Of a DNA stretch of 64,000 nt, positions 11,601 through 24,167 are shown in pieces. The first letter of the stretch is position 1; each line of letters opens with the position of its first letter. The DNA comes from Chiloscyllium plagiosum (lineage: Eukaryota), in the NCBI RefSeq assembly GCF_004010195.1, contig NC_057719.1, positions 79,097,678 through 79,161,677 on the forward strand, given 5' to 3'. Position numbers and translations under genes: made by a program. The notes under the pieces were generated by a model, which was not told where the DNA came from, did not search any database, and saw only the letters and a list, made by a program, of their open reading frames with translations.

Positions 11601-12062
11601 CCCTTTGACCTGCACTCCCCTTCCCAGCATTCTTTCAGTCAGGCCTATGCTTTGCAAAAGCCTCTTCATTTTCCTGAACTTGTTTCCGGGACTGCATCAG
11701 TATCTTCACTGAGTTCCTGCTGGTTTCGTTTGCCACCGGTCAGCCTGTCTCCTCAGACAGAGACATGATCATAATCTATGATATTTTCACCATGTCTCTT
11801 GCAGAGACCCATTGGTCATATCCATTGCCACGCAGTGAACAATTAGCCAATCTGCTCCTCATACTCTGTGTGAGGGGTCCCCATTTTGTTCATATATGTT
11901 CCCATTCATTTGATAGGCCCTTTCATACTCAAGGATTTTGATACCACTGCTGTTGCAGAGTCACCTGTGAAACCCACCAAATGGTCTGATCTTCCACTGG
12001 AGAGGGCTGGTCCCTGTGGTTTTGATGATCCAATCACAATGCAAGAGAAAGGGTGTCTAGTA
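8700..12062 (-). pseudogene. Decayed retroviral pol (PR-RT-tether-RNase H-IN) of an endogenous retrovirus
   Basis: Ordered motifs: LLDT..SCIVIG/LVGFTG (~12060-11965), PQKQYP (~11590), SPIWPV*KPD (~11480), PQGSHNRPSIFHQ (~11400), DFTLEVAVT (~10925), KAKVHSK (~10225), IHFIGLLP (~9775), FSRWDLPDILESDQ, HNPQT*GTVEHVNQTI (~9170), YRGPYII and WFQANQMK (~8810-8725). Confidence 0.85.
9278..9428. mobile_element. Tc1/mariner-pogo (Tigger-like) MITE
   Basis: Imperfect ~25-bp TIRs (cagaacaacctctgttatccaaacg / cgcttgggtaatcgaggttgttttg); TA duplications at 9276-9277 and 9429-9430. Confidence 0.85.
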
Positions 12063-13940
12063 GAAAACAGCCCCAGCCTGTTCAGCCTCTCCCTGTAGCT
12101 CAAATCCTCCAACCCTGGCAACATCCTTGTAAATCTTTTCTGAACCCTTTCAAGTTTCATAACATCTTTCCGATAGGGAGGAGACCAGAATTGCACGCAA
12201 TATTCCAACAGTGGCCTAACCAATGATCTGTAAGCCGCAACATGACCTCCCGATTCCTGTACTCCATACTCTTGACCAATAAGGGAAAGCATACCAAACT
12301 CCGCCTTCACTATCCTATCTACCTGCAACTCCACTTTCAAGGTGCTACGAACCTGCACTCCAAGGTCTCTTTGTTCAGCAACACTCCCTAGGACCTTACC
12401 ATTAAGTGTATAAGTCCTGCTAAGATTTGCTTTCCCAAAATGCAGCACCTCGCATTTACCTGAATTAAACTCCATCTGCCACTTCTCAGCCCATTGGCCC
12501 ATCTGATCAAGATCCTGTTGTTATCTGAGGTNNNNNNNNNNNNNNNNNNNNNNNNNNNNNNNNNNNNNNNNNNNNNNNNNNNNNNNNNNNNNNNNNNNNN
12601 NNNNNNNNNNNNNNNNNNNNNNNNNNNNNNNNNNNNNNNNNNNNNNNNNNNNNNNNNNNNNNNNNNNNNNNNNNNNNNNNNNNNNNNNNNNNNNNNNNNN
12701 NNNNNNNNNNNNNNNNNNNNNNNNNNNNNNNNNNNNNNNNNNNNNNNNNNNNNNNNNNNNNNNNNNNNNNNNNNNNNNNNNNNNNNNNNNNNNNNNNNNN
12801 NNNNNNNNNNNNNNNNNNNNNNNNNNNNNNNNNNNNNNNNNNNNNNNNNNNNNNNNNNNNNNNNNNNNNNNNNNNNNNNNNNNNNNNNNNNNNNNNNNNN
12901 NNNNNNNNNNNNNNNNNNNNNNNNNNNNNNNNNNNNNNTACATATATCTTAGCAAGAGGCCCAGCAATCACTTCTCTAGCTTCCCACAGAGTTCTAGGGT
13001 ACACCTGATCAGGTCCTGGGGATTTATCCACCTTTACCCGTGTCAAGACATCCAGCACTTCCTCCTCTGTAATCTGGACATTTTGCAAGATGTCACCATC
13101 TATTTCCCTACAGTCTATATCTTCCACGTCCTTTTCCACAGTAAATATCGATGCAAAATACTCATTTAGTATCTCCCCCATTTTCTGCGGCTCCACCCAA
13201 AGGCCGCCTTGCTGATCTTTGAGGGGCCCTATTCTCTCCCCAGTTACCTTTTTGACCTTCATGTATTTGTAAAAACCCTTTTGCTTTCTCCTTAATTCTG
13301 TTTGCCAAAGTTATCTCATGTCCCCTTTTTGCCCTCCTGATTTCCCTCTTAATTATACTCCTACTTCCTTTATATTTTTCTAAGGATTCACTCGATCTAT
13401 CCTGTCTATACCTGACATATGCTTCCTTCTTTTTCTTAACCAAACCCTCAATTTCTTTCTTCATCCAGCATTCCCAATACCTACCAGCCTTTCCTTTCAC
13501 CCTGACAGGAATGTACATTTTCTAGATTCTCATTATCTCATTTCTGAAGGCTTCCCATTTTCTAGCCGTCCCTTTCCCTGCGAACATCTGCCTCCAATCA
13601 GCTTTTGAAAGTTCTTGCCTAATACCGTCAAAATTGGCCTTTCTCCAATTTTGAACTTCAACTTTTAGATCTGGTCTATCCTTTTCCATCACTATTTTAA
13701 AATAAATAGAATTATGGTCGCTGGCCCCCCCACTGACACCTCAGTCACCTGCCCAGCCTTATTTCCCAAGAGTAGGTCAAGTTTTGCACCTTCTCTAGTA
13801 GGTACATCCACATACTGAATCAGAAAATTGTCTTGTACGTACTTAACAAATTCCTCTCCATCTAAACCTTTAACACTATGGCAGTTCCAGTCTATGTTTG
13901 GAAAGTTAAAATCCCCTACCATAACCACCTTATTATTCTT
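12062..13940 (-). mobile_element. CR1 LINE ORF2 fragment (end of EN to RT C-terminus) spanning an assembly gap
   Basis: VGDFNFPNIDW, LDLLLGN, KSPGPDQVYP, WQMEFNSGKCEVLHFG and LEYCVQFWSP motifs. Confidence 0.95.
12532..12938. other. Assembly gap
   Basis: Run of N. Confidence 1.
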
Positions 13941-13944
13941 ACAG

Positions 13945-15400
13945 CCCTTGGGACAGAGCAGAGGAACAGGTTCCCTGTCTGCGGTCTAATTTCAGCGACC
14001 TCGGAGTTCTTTTATTGTTTGGAAGTCAAACATGCCGTGGGGGAAGAGTGTGGTGTCCACTCGATAGTCCCATTTCCTGAACATCTCCTTCCTTATCCTT
14101 TGACTTGTGTTCACAACCCCCGCCCTGCCCTGGCTCCCACTGTACCCACTACCCCTCTTGTTTGTTTCAGAGCCTCCTGTAGTTTGTCCATCTTAGCCTG
14201 ACATTAGCCATGATTAACTTCTCCAGGTACAATCTTCAGAATATGTTTGACCAGACACTTTTCTCAGTTCCTGAGATCTGCAATGCTGTCTAAATTCCTC
14301 TTCTATCAGACTGTCACACTGCTGGTGATCAGTGACCAAACTAGCTTTCAATAAATTGTAATCAGCTACACCATTTCTCCCTTTCTAGCCCATGTTTTTC
14401 CAATTATTCATTTTTTTTATCCCACCTTTCCTGCAAACTGTTTCAACAACCTGTCCACAATTGTGTCCCTCTGTTCTAATTTTCATCTCCATTCCTCTAT
14501 CTCTGCATTGAGTATAGGAGTTGGGAGGTCATGTTGCATGCTTTACAGGATATTGTATAGGCACCTTTTGGAATGCTGTGTTCAATTCTGGTCTCCCTGC
14601 TATAGGAAGGATGTTGTGAAACTTGAAAGGGTTCAAAAAAAGATTTACAAGGATGTTACCAGGGTTGGACGGTTTGAGCTACCAGGAGAGGCTGAATAGG
14701 CTGGGGCCATTTTTTTCCTGCAGTGTTGGAGGCTAAGGAGTGACTTTATAGAGGTTTCTAAAATCATAAGGAGTATGGATAGGGTAAATAGCCAAAGTCT
14801 TTTCCCCAGGTTTGGCGAGTCTAGAACAAGAAGGCATGGGTGAGGAAGGAAAGATTGAAAAGGGACTTAAGGCGCAACTTGTTCACGCAGAGGGTGGTGC
14901 ATGTATGGAATGAGCTGCCAGAGGAAGTGGTGGAGGCTGGTACAATTACAACATTTAAAAGGCATCTGGATGGGTATATGAATAGGAAGGGTTTAGAGGG
15001 ATATGGGCCGTGTGTTGGCAAATGGGACGAGATTAAGTTAGGATATCTGGTCGGCATGGACAAGTTGGACTAAAGGGTCTGTTTCTGTGCTGTATAGCTT
15101 TATGACTCTGTGACTCCTGTTGTGAATAATTTTCTTCGATAGTCCATTATCCAAATGGCCCTTCTCATTGCAAATAGATCCCGAGGTCCACTCATTGGCT
15201 TCTTGGACTGGGTTCTCACTGCTCAGAATAATCCTGACTTGGTGTTCCTAAAGTGGAACCTTCTTTGCCATTATAAAGCTCAATTGCCCCTTCCATTACC
15301 CAGCCTGGTTATGTCTTTATATTCAGATGGCTTGCCAATCTGTAGGCTTTCATTCCTACTTTCCCTGGTCTATAAGGGTTTACTCCAATAACTCAAGATA
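13945..15400 (-). pseudogene. Probable gag-region remnant of the ERV, split by the CR1 at 14506-15115
   Basis: Non-CR1 sequence upstream of the protease, A/G-rich on the minus strand with coiled-coil-like pieces (CQAKMDKLQEALKQ). No diagnostic motif. Confidence 0.4.
14506..15115 (+). mobile_element. CR1 LINE 3' end
   Basis: LLECCVQFWSPCYRKDVVKLERVQ and FTQRVVHVWNELPEEVVEA; ends tatgactctgtgactc. Confidence 0.95.
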
Positions 15401-16431
15401 TCTCTAACCATTGCTCTGAGGCAAGCTTCCTTAACTAATGGGACTAAAGGCAGATAGTCTCCTGGCTCTGATGGCTTCTATCAATCTGAAAAGAAGTAGC
15501 TGCAGAGATAGTAGAGGCATTGGTTGTAATTTTCCAACAACCTTGTGGTTTCTGGAGAAGTACCAGAGGATCGGAAAACTGCTAACGTGGCATATCTATT
15601 CAAAAAGGGGGCAAGACAAAAAGTGGGTACTTGTACGTCAACTAGCTTAATAGCCATTGATGAAGTGTTGAAATTAATTAGTAAGTAATAGCAGTAAAAT
15701 TGGAAAATCATAATCTAGCTATGTCTGACTAATTATATTAGAGTTTGAAGTCTGAACCAGAGTGGATAGAGAGAGCCAGTAAGTGTTGTATTTGGATGAG
15801 CAGGGGTGTTTGAAAGTACATCATAGAAGGTTAAATCATAAGATAGGAGCCCACGATGTTGGAGGTAGTATATTGTCATGGATAGAGAATTGGCTAATGG
15901 ACTGGAAACGGGTAGGTATTAGGGGTTTTCTTCAGGCTGACACCCCATTACCAGTGAGTTCCACATGGCTCAGGGCTGGGACCACAACTGTTAACAATAT
16001 ATGTCAATTGCTTAGAGGAAGGAAGCCAATGTACTATAGCCACATTTGCAGATGACACAAAAATAACTGGAATGGCAAGTGGAGAGAGGGATATGTTTCC
16101 TGAAGAAGGACTTATGCACCAAACGTCGATTCTCCTGCTCCTCGGATGCTACCTCGCCTGCTGCCCTTTTCCAGCAACACACTTTTTTCAACAGAGGGAT
16201 ATGTTTTACAGAGTTTACAGAGATATTGATAGATTGGGTAAACAGTTAGCGAATGGAGTATAATGCAAAGTTGTTCATTTTGGAAGGGAGAACAAAAGAA
16301 CAGAGTATTGTTAAAATCGAGACAGTTTTCAGACGGCTACAACATTAAAGGGGTTTGGGGGTACTTGTAAGTGAAGCACAGAAAGCTAGCACGCAGCAGC
16401 AAATCAGGCAGGCTAATGGAATATTTCAAGG

Positions 16432-16571
16432 GGTAAGCCAAATCCAAAGAATGAATGTTGTCCACCATATCTGTTAACCAGGGTGGTGCTGTTGTTGACT
16501 GGTGTCTAGAGTCTTTATTGCAGAGGCTGAGCGCCAGCTCTCTCTCTCTCTCTCTCTCTCTCACACTCACA

Positions 16572-16622
<51 letters not shown>

Positions 16623-17533
16623 CCCCGGACCTTGACCACCCCCCCCCCCCCCCATCGAGTATCAGACCATTGTGTCTAATCTCATTTTGTCTGTTGACAT
16701 CTTCCCACCCCGCCTGCTGCACAGACTCCGAGCTCTCAATCCTGCAACCCTTTACAGCCCGCCTCTACCTTCTTCCCAAAATCCATAAACGTCATTGCTC
16801 GAGGAGATCCATTACTTCTGCTTGCTCCTCCCTCATGGGTCTCACCTTTGGCCATTACAAACCCACTGACTCCCACAGTTACCTCGACCATACATCCCCA
16901 TTCCCTGTTTCCTGTAAAGACTCTATTCATTCGCCCAGCTTCTCCACCTCTTTTGATGATGCCACCTTCCACAGAGTGGTCTCCGAAATGTCCACGTTTT
17001 TTTTACCTCCACTAAGGATTCCCTACCACAGGGCCCTAAGCTGTGTTCAAACCATCTCCTGCACTTCTGCCATCGCCCCTCTCTTCCCTCCCACAACAGT
17101 GATGGGGTCCTCCTGGCCCTTACCAGCATCCCCATCTAAAGGATTATTAGCCACTATTTCTGTCACTTCCAGTGAGATGCAGCCACCAGACACATGGCCC
17201 TCCTCACAGTTGTCAGCTTTCTGCATTCCCTTCAGCCCTGGACCACTCCTCTTCCATTCCCAACACCATTGTACAGCCTCAGGACGTCTCCCCCCGCCCC
17301 CCCCCCCCGAGAGACACCTTCCAGATGAAGCAGGAACTTTTGCTCTCACTTCGCTCAATCCAGTCTACTGCATTCACTGCTTACCATGTGGTCTCCTCTA
17401 TACTGGGGAAACTTTCCCAGTTACCATCAGTTCTGAGGAAGGGTCACCAGACCCGAAATGTTAACTTTGATTTCTCTTCGCAGACGCTGCTAGATCTGCT
17501 GAGCTCTTCCAGCAATTTCTGGTTTTGTTTCAT
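16432..17533 (+). mobile_element. Deleted Penelope-like element with internal (CT)n(CA)n microsatellite
   Basis: ARLYLLPKIHK, YKPTDSHSYLDHTS and VYCIHC..CGLLYTGET (GIY-YIG); terminal hammerhead-like ctgaggaagggtcaccagacccgaaa. Confidence 0.85.
16538..16620. repeat. (CT)n(CA)n microsatellite
   Basis: Directly visible. Confidence 0.95.
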
Positions 17534-17906
17534 TTAGGGGGCTTCTCAGGATAAATGCTGTGAGGATGTAAATGCTGGAAGAGTCTCGGACCAAAGGGCA
17601 CAGTCTCAGAATAAAGGGGCACCAGTTTAAGACTGAGATTAGATGAGATTCCCTACAGTGTGGAAATAGGCCCTTCAGCCCAACAAGTCCACAACGACCT
17701 TCTGAAGAGTAACCCACCCAGACCCATTTCCCTCTGACTAATACACCAGTTCTTCTCCGAGAGTGGAGAGATTTTTTGGAACTCTTTGCCATAGAGAATC
17801 ATGGGAGCAGTGGGCTGGTGTATATTTAAGGTTGGGAAAGAGTCTTGATCGTTAGAAGAATCAAGGGTAAGGAGGAAAGGGCAAGCAAGTGGATGAGAAC
17901 AGAGCC

Positions 17907-18406
17907 NNNNNNNNNNNNNNNNNNNNNNNNNNNNNNNNNNNNNNNNNNNNNNNNNNNNNNNNNNNNNNNNNNNNNNNNNNNNNNNNNNNNNNNNNNNNNN
18001 NNNNNNNNNNNNNNNNNNNNNNNNNNNNNNNNNNNNNNNNNNNNNNNNNNNNNNNNNNNNNNNNNNNNNNNNNNNNNNNNNNNNNNNNNNNNNNNNNNNN
18101 NNNNNNNNNNNNNNNNNNNNNNNNNNNNNNNNNNNNNNNNNNNNNNNNNNNNNNNNNNNNNNNNNNNNNNNNNNNNNNNNNNNNNNNNNNNNNNNNNNNN
18201 NNNNNNNNNNNNNNNNNNNNNNNNNNNNNNNNNNNNNNNNNNNNNNNNNNNNNNNNNNNNNNNNNNNNNNNNNNNNNNNNNNNNNNNNNNNNNNNNNNNN
18301 NNNNNNNNNNNNNNNNNNNNNNNNNNNNNNNNNNNNNNNNNNNNNNNNNNNNNNNNNNNNNNNNNNNNNNNNNNNNNNNNNNNNNNNNNNNNNNNNNNNN
18401 NNNNNN
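17907..18406. other. Assembly gap (500 N)
   Basis: Run of N. Confidence 1.
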
Positions 18407-18989
18407 AAGTAGGACAGGATTACCTTATTTGGTGTTGAATGAGGCACGTGACATCACTTGACAGCATTATGATGTGGTTGCACCTAGCAACAGGTGTAAT
18501 AAATACTGGACCAGAACAGTGTCGAGGCTGGACGGTGAGGTTTGTTATGATTTTTCTCTGTCTCTCCCTTCCTTACTACTTCCCACTCAAACATATAAAT
18601 GTGCAGTCAATTCATCTTCAGCGATTCCATGACACAATCTGTTGTTTCCTTAGGTCTCAAGAACTTCGATGGCACTTCCCTGGAGCCAAGCTCAGATACA
18701 AGGCTATGTCTTATTTTAATTTTTAATTAGGACTTATCATTTGACATAGTATATTTTAGGTGTTCCTCATAATATTTGAAAATAAGTTTAGATTTTTGCT
18801 TTAGATTGTAAAAGTTTTTGACCTGCTCTGCACGATAAGAAAAAAGTTTGCCTTTAATTAGTTAAGTCTGAGAATTTGTTGAATATCTGTAATAGGGAAT
18901 GTACAATGTCATGTAGCACAGTCATATAATCTACTCTGCAATATCACACATCAAACAAACTGATGACATGTTGATGAACATCGTCACAC

Positions 18990-20720
18990 ATAACAATATA
19001 TCACACAGCTTGTTGAACATTGTGCATGCAAATGGAGTGTGAACATTGAGTGTGAACATTTGTGACAATAATAATTGCGTGAACATTGTTGAAACAGCAT
19101 TGTGAGAGTGAACATGGAATGAATGAACATTGAGTGAGATTTGCTGACTCTCCCAATACTTTTTCTCACTATGCTTACCCTTGCTATCTTCATAGTTACA
19201 ATATTCACACTCTCAATATACTTTTCTGCAACAATCTTTCCTACAATGAACATTCCCATAGTGTTTATTACCACATTGCGAGTGTAAAAACTGAGAGTTA
19301 ATGTTATTGGAATGAATATTGCAGTGTGAACGTTGAGTGGAAGGGATTAATTGAGCTACAGAATTGAGATTTATAAACATGATTAAACAGAGCTAAATAA
19401 TTATGATTTATGATAGTTGGAGATACAAAATTGAAATTTATAAAGATGATTCAACATTAGGAAATTCTATTAAAACTTTATCTGTAATTAAACGGGGACT
19501 GAAGGGCGACTGTATCAGGGTGAATTATTGCAACATCTATCAACAATATAAAAGATAAAAGTTATTTAAAAAGTAATAGGCCATCTATTAGTAAAAGGAA
19601 AGTGATTGGGGTAGAAATTAATGCAGAAAAATATGGGAACTGATTAAACTTCAGAAGAATCTTTGAGAATTTCAACTGTGTTAATGTTAATTGGGCAAAA
19701 GAAGGAGATTAAAGGGTTAATACAATGGAAATAGGCTAATTCTTTTTTGAGGGACTGAGAATAATAGAAGTTGGGAAGAAAAGCATTGTGCAAAAAGTAA
19801 AGACTGAAATGAAAACAAAGGATGCCAAAATGTAACTGTCATTTAGCAAAATGGGAGAAATTGTTATATTTAGATTAAACAATAAGAACAAATTCTGTTA
19901 AGATTTAGAGTGCGAATTTTATATGTGTGAATGAATATTGTGACAGTGAAAGTAAGTGAATGGCATGAGAGTAAACATTGTGAGAGTGAGCATTCTGAGA
20001 AAAAGCAATGAAAAAGTTAACTCGATCATGGCTGAAATGCTCTTCATCCCCATTTTCCAGCTTTGTCTCCATAACCCTTCAACCCATCCCCAATTAAGCA
20101 TCTGTCTAACTCTTCCTTAAATTCACTCACTGTTCCAGCATCCTCTGCACCTCAGGATAGCAAATTCCACAGATTCACAACTCAGGGAAGTAGTTTCTCC
20201 TCAACTCTGTTTTAAATTTGTTACCCTTTATACTAAGACTATGACCTCTCATCCTAGAATGGCCCCATAAGAGGAAACATCCACTCCATGTCTATTTTTT
20301 TCCACATATTTTATCATCTTGAATATCTCAATTTGATCTCCCCTCATTCTTCTAAATTCCAGAGAGTATAGGCTTCTTAAACTGTTCAATCTCTCTTCTT
20401 ATGATAAACCCCTCATCTCCAGGATCAATCCAGTGAACCTCCTCTGAACTGCTTCCAGTGCCACTACATCTTTCCTCATTTCCACATTGCAATTTACCAT
20501 CCCATCTATGTGAGTGTGAACATTACTTAGCCTTCTAAACAGACCCAGTCTTCTAGCAATTGAACTTTTTAACATTTGTGGGTGAATACTGTGAGGATGA
20601 ATGTTTGTGACTGTGAACATTGTGGTTATGAGTGGTGGTTGTGAGAGTGAAGACTGTGAATGTGAAGGTGCTGAAAGTGAGTGTGATCTGTATGAATGTG
20701 TTTGAACATTGAGAGAGAGA
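18990..20720. repeat. Degenerate ~15-bp repeat (GTGAGTGTGAACATT-like) in several blocks, one inverted, split by LINE fragments
   Basis: Units at ~19010-19135, 19275-19340, 19910-20000 and 20510-20720; reverse-orientation units (atattcacactctcaat) at ~19140-19275. Confidence 0.6.
20020..20490 (-). mobile_element. CR1 LINE 3' fragment
   Basis: MRKDVVALEAVQRRFTGLILEMRGLS. Confidence 0.85.
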
Positions 20721-21079
20721 ATTCATACCATGGAACAGTTCAGGACAAAAGAAGTCTATTGGACTCAGTCCAAAATCCCCCAGCTATTTTCCCACTGTCC
20801 TGCCACAATTTCCCTCAAGTAAATTTCCAATTCTCTTTTGAAAGCTATTGTGAGACCTATATCTGCCACCTTATTAGGCAAGGAGTTTCAAATCTTACCT
20901 ACTTAATCACATAATGTCACCTCTTTTGCCAAACACTTTAAATTTGTGTGCTCTTGTTAATAATGCTTTTAACTTCAGAATCAGTTTATCTTTATTGAGC
21001 CTAATTAGTTAATCTGTTGATGAAATGCTTTTGCCAAACTTCCCTCAAGCTTTTATCTCCAACACTGAGTTGAGATTGA

Positions 21080-21184
21080 TTCGGAGAGGCTGGTGTTGGA
21101 CTGGGGTGTACATAGTTATAAATCACACAACACCAGGTTATAAACCAACCTGTTGGACTATAACCTGGTGTTGTGTGATTTTTA
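21080..21184. mobile_element. Tiny fold-back Penelope-end insertion
   Basis: Inverted aatcacacaacaccaggttata arms; 16-bp TSD actgagttgagattga at 21064-21079 and 21185-21200. Confidence 0.75.
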
Positions 21185-23765
21185 ACTGAGTTGAGATTGA
21201 ATGTGAGTTTTGTACAGGTTTGTATTGTGCAGCAGAAGATCCCACACGTGCCCACCCAGTTTCATGACATGCCCAAAATTATAACAACAGCGTGCACATA
21301 TTTGCGTGCCACATAACACTGGGCAACTCCATCCTTCTGACATTGGGCAGGCAGGGCAATGGAAATAGGTCTCTCTGTTGGCACCCCAGTCTTGTGTTAC
21401 AAGGGGAGGCTCCAAGAGCTGTCCTTGCGCCTGAGTGCCTGTCTGTCTTTTGGACTTGATGGAACTGTCGAGCTTCAGTGAGATCTAGGATCGACGCCAT
21501 GTCAGGCACAGTCGGCATAGAACGTTCCTGCCCTTAGAGTACCCACCCAGCAAGCCTAAGTGGTAAGGCTCTACCTGTGGCCATGGAGGCAGCGGGGTTC
21601 AGGCTTCTCCGGGTGGGGAGCAGCAGGCTGGTGACCAGACAGGGCCTCTCTCTGTCACACCCAAGCTTCTTTACTTTCACTGTAGGGATACCAGACACGT
21701 GGAGGTTTCTCTCAAGGGTATCTGGTGTTGCTACAATGAAAACTCGGTGGGGGGGAGGGGGTAGATGCAGAAGAGTTAAGGGGATGCTTCCTGCACTCTA
21801 TCTTTGTGGGAAGCAATTAAGGTAGATAATTGAAAACGCTTATTACTAGTTAATTCGGATACTAGAGAGAGTAGTGCAGGAGGGGCAATTTTCTGAGCAC
21901 AGCTGTTGCATTGTGAAAGAAATTAAACTGTTTAAGGGTAGAAAGGGGGCAAGGATGTGACAGGGGGAGACCTTTTCCAATTGCTTGCTTGCTTCTTTCT
22001 AGTCAGGGATGCCCAAACCCCACTGGTTCTATAACTACAGATGGAGTCTTGCCCTGGACTTGGTTTGTGGGTACTTTAGAGTAGTTTGCCAAACCGTGCG
22101 TGATGATGGCCTCGGTTACAATGCTTCTGCTGGTAGCTAACTGATCCACCAACTCACAGAGGGTTCAAACGCAAGGGCAGCACAAGGGGGCTCTCCTCAT
22201 GACTTGCTGGACCAGGGTCCCCTCAGGGAGAGACCCATCCCCACTTCCCAACTTGCTGCAGTGAAGGAAGAATGCAGATGCCCCCATGTGCCACACACAA
22301 CACTCAATAATCTGACAGGTTTTTAAAAATATCTTTAAGAGATTTGGGTTTTGCAGAGCAGATCAACATTTATTGTCCTTCCCAATTAACTAGAAGCCAG
22401 TTAAGAGTTAACCAGACCAGTATATGTTAGCGGTTTGCCTCCCTAAAGGACATTAGAGAACCAGATGAGTTTTTTTCTGACGATATTGTTAGACTTTTAA
22501 TTCCAGAAGTGGTAGAAGGTAGGTACAGTTACAACATTTAATCTTGCTTAAATGGAAAAAGACTGCAGAAAGCTACAGAGCAGAAAGGGGGAGTAGTGTT
22601 TTTGATAAGGGATAGCATTACAGTGTACTTGAGGGGAGGATATTCCCAGAAATATCCAGGGAAGTTATTTGGGTTGAACTCAGAAATAAGAAAGGGATAA
22701 TCACTTTATTGGGATTGTATTAAAGGCCCCCTAATAGTCAGAGGGAAATTGAGAAACAAATTTGTCAGGCAATCTCAGTTATCTGTAAGAATAATAGGGT
22801 GGTTATGGTCGGGTATTTTAACTTTCCAAACTTATGGACGAGGTACTGGCAGGTGGGACTAGATTGGGTTGGGATATCTGGTCAGCGTGGACGAGTTGGA
22901 CTGAAGGGTCTTTCTGTGCTGTTTAGACAGGTAGATGAATAGGAGCCAAATGCTAAACTAAAAAGTTTTAGTTTAGTTTTAGGAACCTGAGGTGGGCATA
23001 GACAAGTTGGACCAAATGTTTCATGTTATATGACTATCTACCATAGAGGAAATTAAACCTGTGTCCCCAGGATATTATCTGAATGTCTGTATTATAACAA
23101 TCCAGCAGTAATATCATTAGAGTGTCACTTCCCCAGCAAAGACTGGAGCAAACAGGAGAGAAGATAGGAATGGGGTAAGCTTGAGTTTGTTGCAAGAAGT
23201 TGTACATTAGCTATTGACTTATCAATGTTGGATGCCTATTAACGTCAGCTCCTTAATTTTATGTATTAGAATAATGAATTGTTGTATTAGTTTGAAATCA
23301 CAGCTTTTTTTCTCTCTTTTCCAGGGAGTCTTGCAGAAATTGAACTTCCACAACTTTAGCTCTAGCCTGATAAAATGTAGAAAACTCTTAGCATTAGGAA
23401 AGGATCAGTTAGGACCAGTCTCATGAAATAATGTTGTAAAAAAAAAGCTCATCAGGTGGGCTCAGACACTAAGGATGCTAGAAGTGGATGAGGAGTTAAT
23501 TCTTATTCTTCGATTCAGAATTATGGGGAAAAAGGGGTTGGGGCTGGTGTGGATGTCAGCTAGTGTAGCAGCAGTGAAATTAAGGCCATAATTGGATTAG
23601 CCATAACTGTTACGATGGCTTACACCATTCCTTATTTCTTACTTGAGGTTTATCAGAATAATGTAAGTTAGACATTTTGAGGCTAACATTTAAAGTATTA
23701 AATTCCTATCAAATACAATACAATACACTACTTGTGCTTGTATTGAATTTGATTAATCTTGGGGG

Positions 23766-23925
23766 ACGAGAGAGAGAGCACGAGAGCGAGAGTGAACGAG
23801 AGTGAGCAAGAGAGTGAGTGAGCGATAGTGAGTGAGCGATAGTGAGTGAGCGATAGTGAGTGAAGCGAGAGTGAGTGAGCGAGCGAGCGAGCGTGCGTGC
23901 GTGTGTGTGTGAGAGAGAGAGTGTG
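23766..23925. repeat. Compound GAGC/GAGT/GT microsatellite
   Basis: Includes three gcgatagtgagtga units. Confidence 0.9.
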
Positions 23926-24167
23926 AAATGGATGCTTTCGGTCTCCAAGCAATGGATAGTTTTGTCACTGCTTTTATCACTTAAGCTTTTTAAAATTCTG
24001 CAGCTCAACCAACCAGTGGACTGCTGTCAGACAAATTTCCTTAATTCAAAAGTTTCTTGGGGCTGCTCAGTCTCGAATTCTCTTTCTCTTTACCTCCAAA
24101 AAGCAATATTGTATGCACAGCTTAACAATATGCGCAACACTTGATCTTCAAGTTCCAAAACTTTTCT

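Larger units (their letters stand above)
15410..17906 (+). mobile_element. Old CR1 RT region with nested Penelope and HE1 insertions
   Basis: Decayed ANVxxLFKKG, WIENWL and FADD motifs; interrupted at ~16095-16190, ~16432-17533 and ~17636-17745. Confidence 0.75.

Noticed and set aside
12494..13262. Long ORFs spanning the first gap
   Set aside because: Their length comes from N translated as X; the real parts are CR1.
16502..17464. 320-aa ORF as a host gene
   Set aside because: Chance-open frame through a microsatellite and deleted Penelope pieces; motifs drift in and out of frame.
17653..18461. Long ORFs spanning the second gap
   Set aside because: Artefact of the 500-N run.
23300..23426. 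Polypyrimidine tract plus CAG as a PPP1R14 downstream exon
   Set aside because: Translation (GVLQKLNFHNFS..) does not resemble family exons 2-4, and there is no convincing donor.
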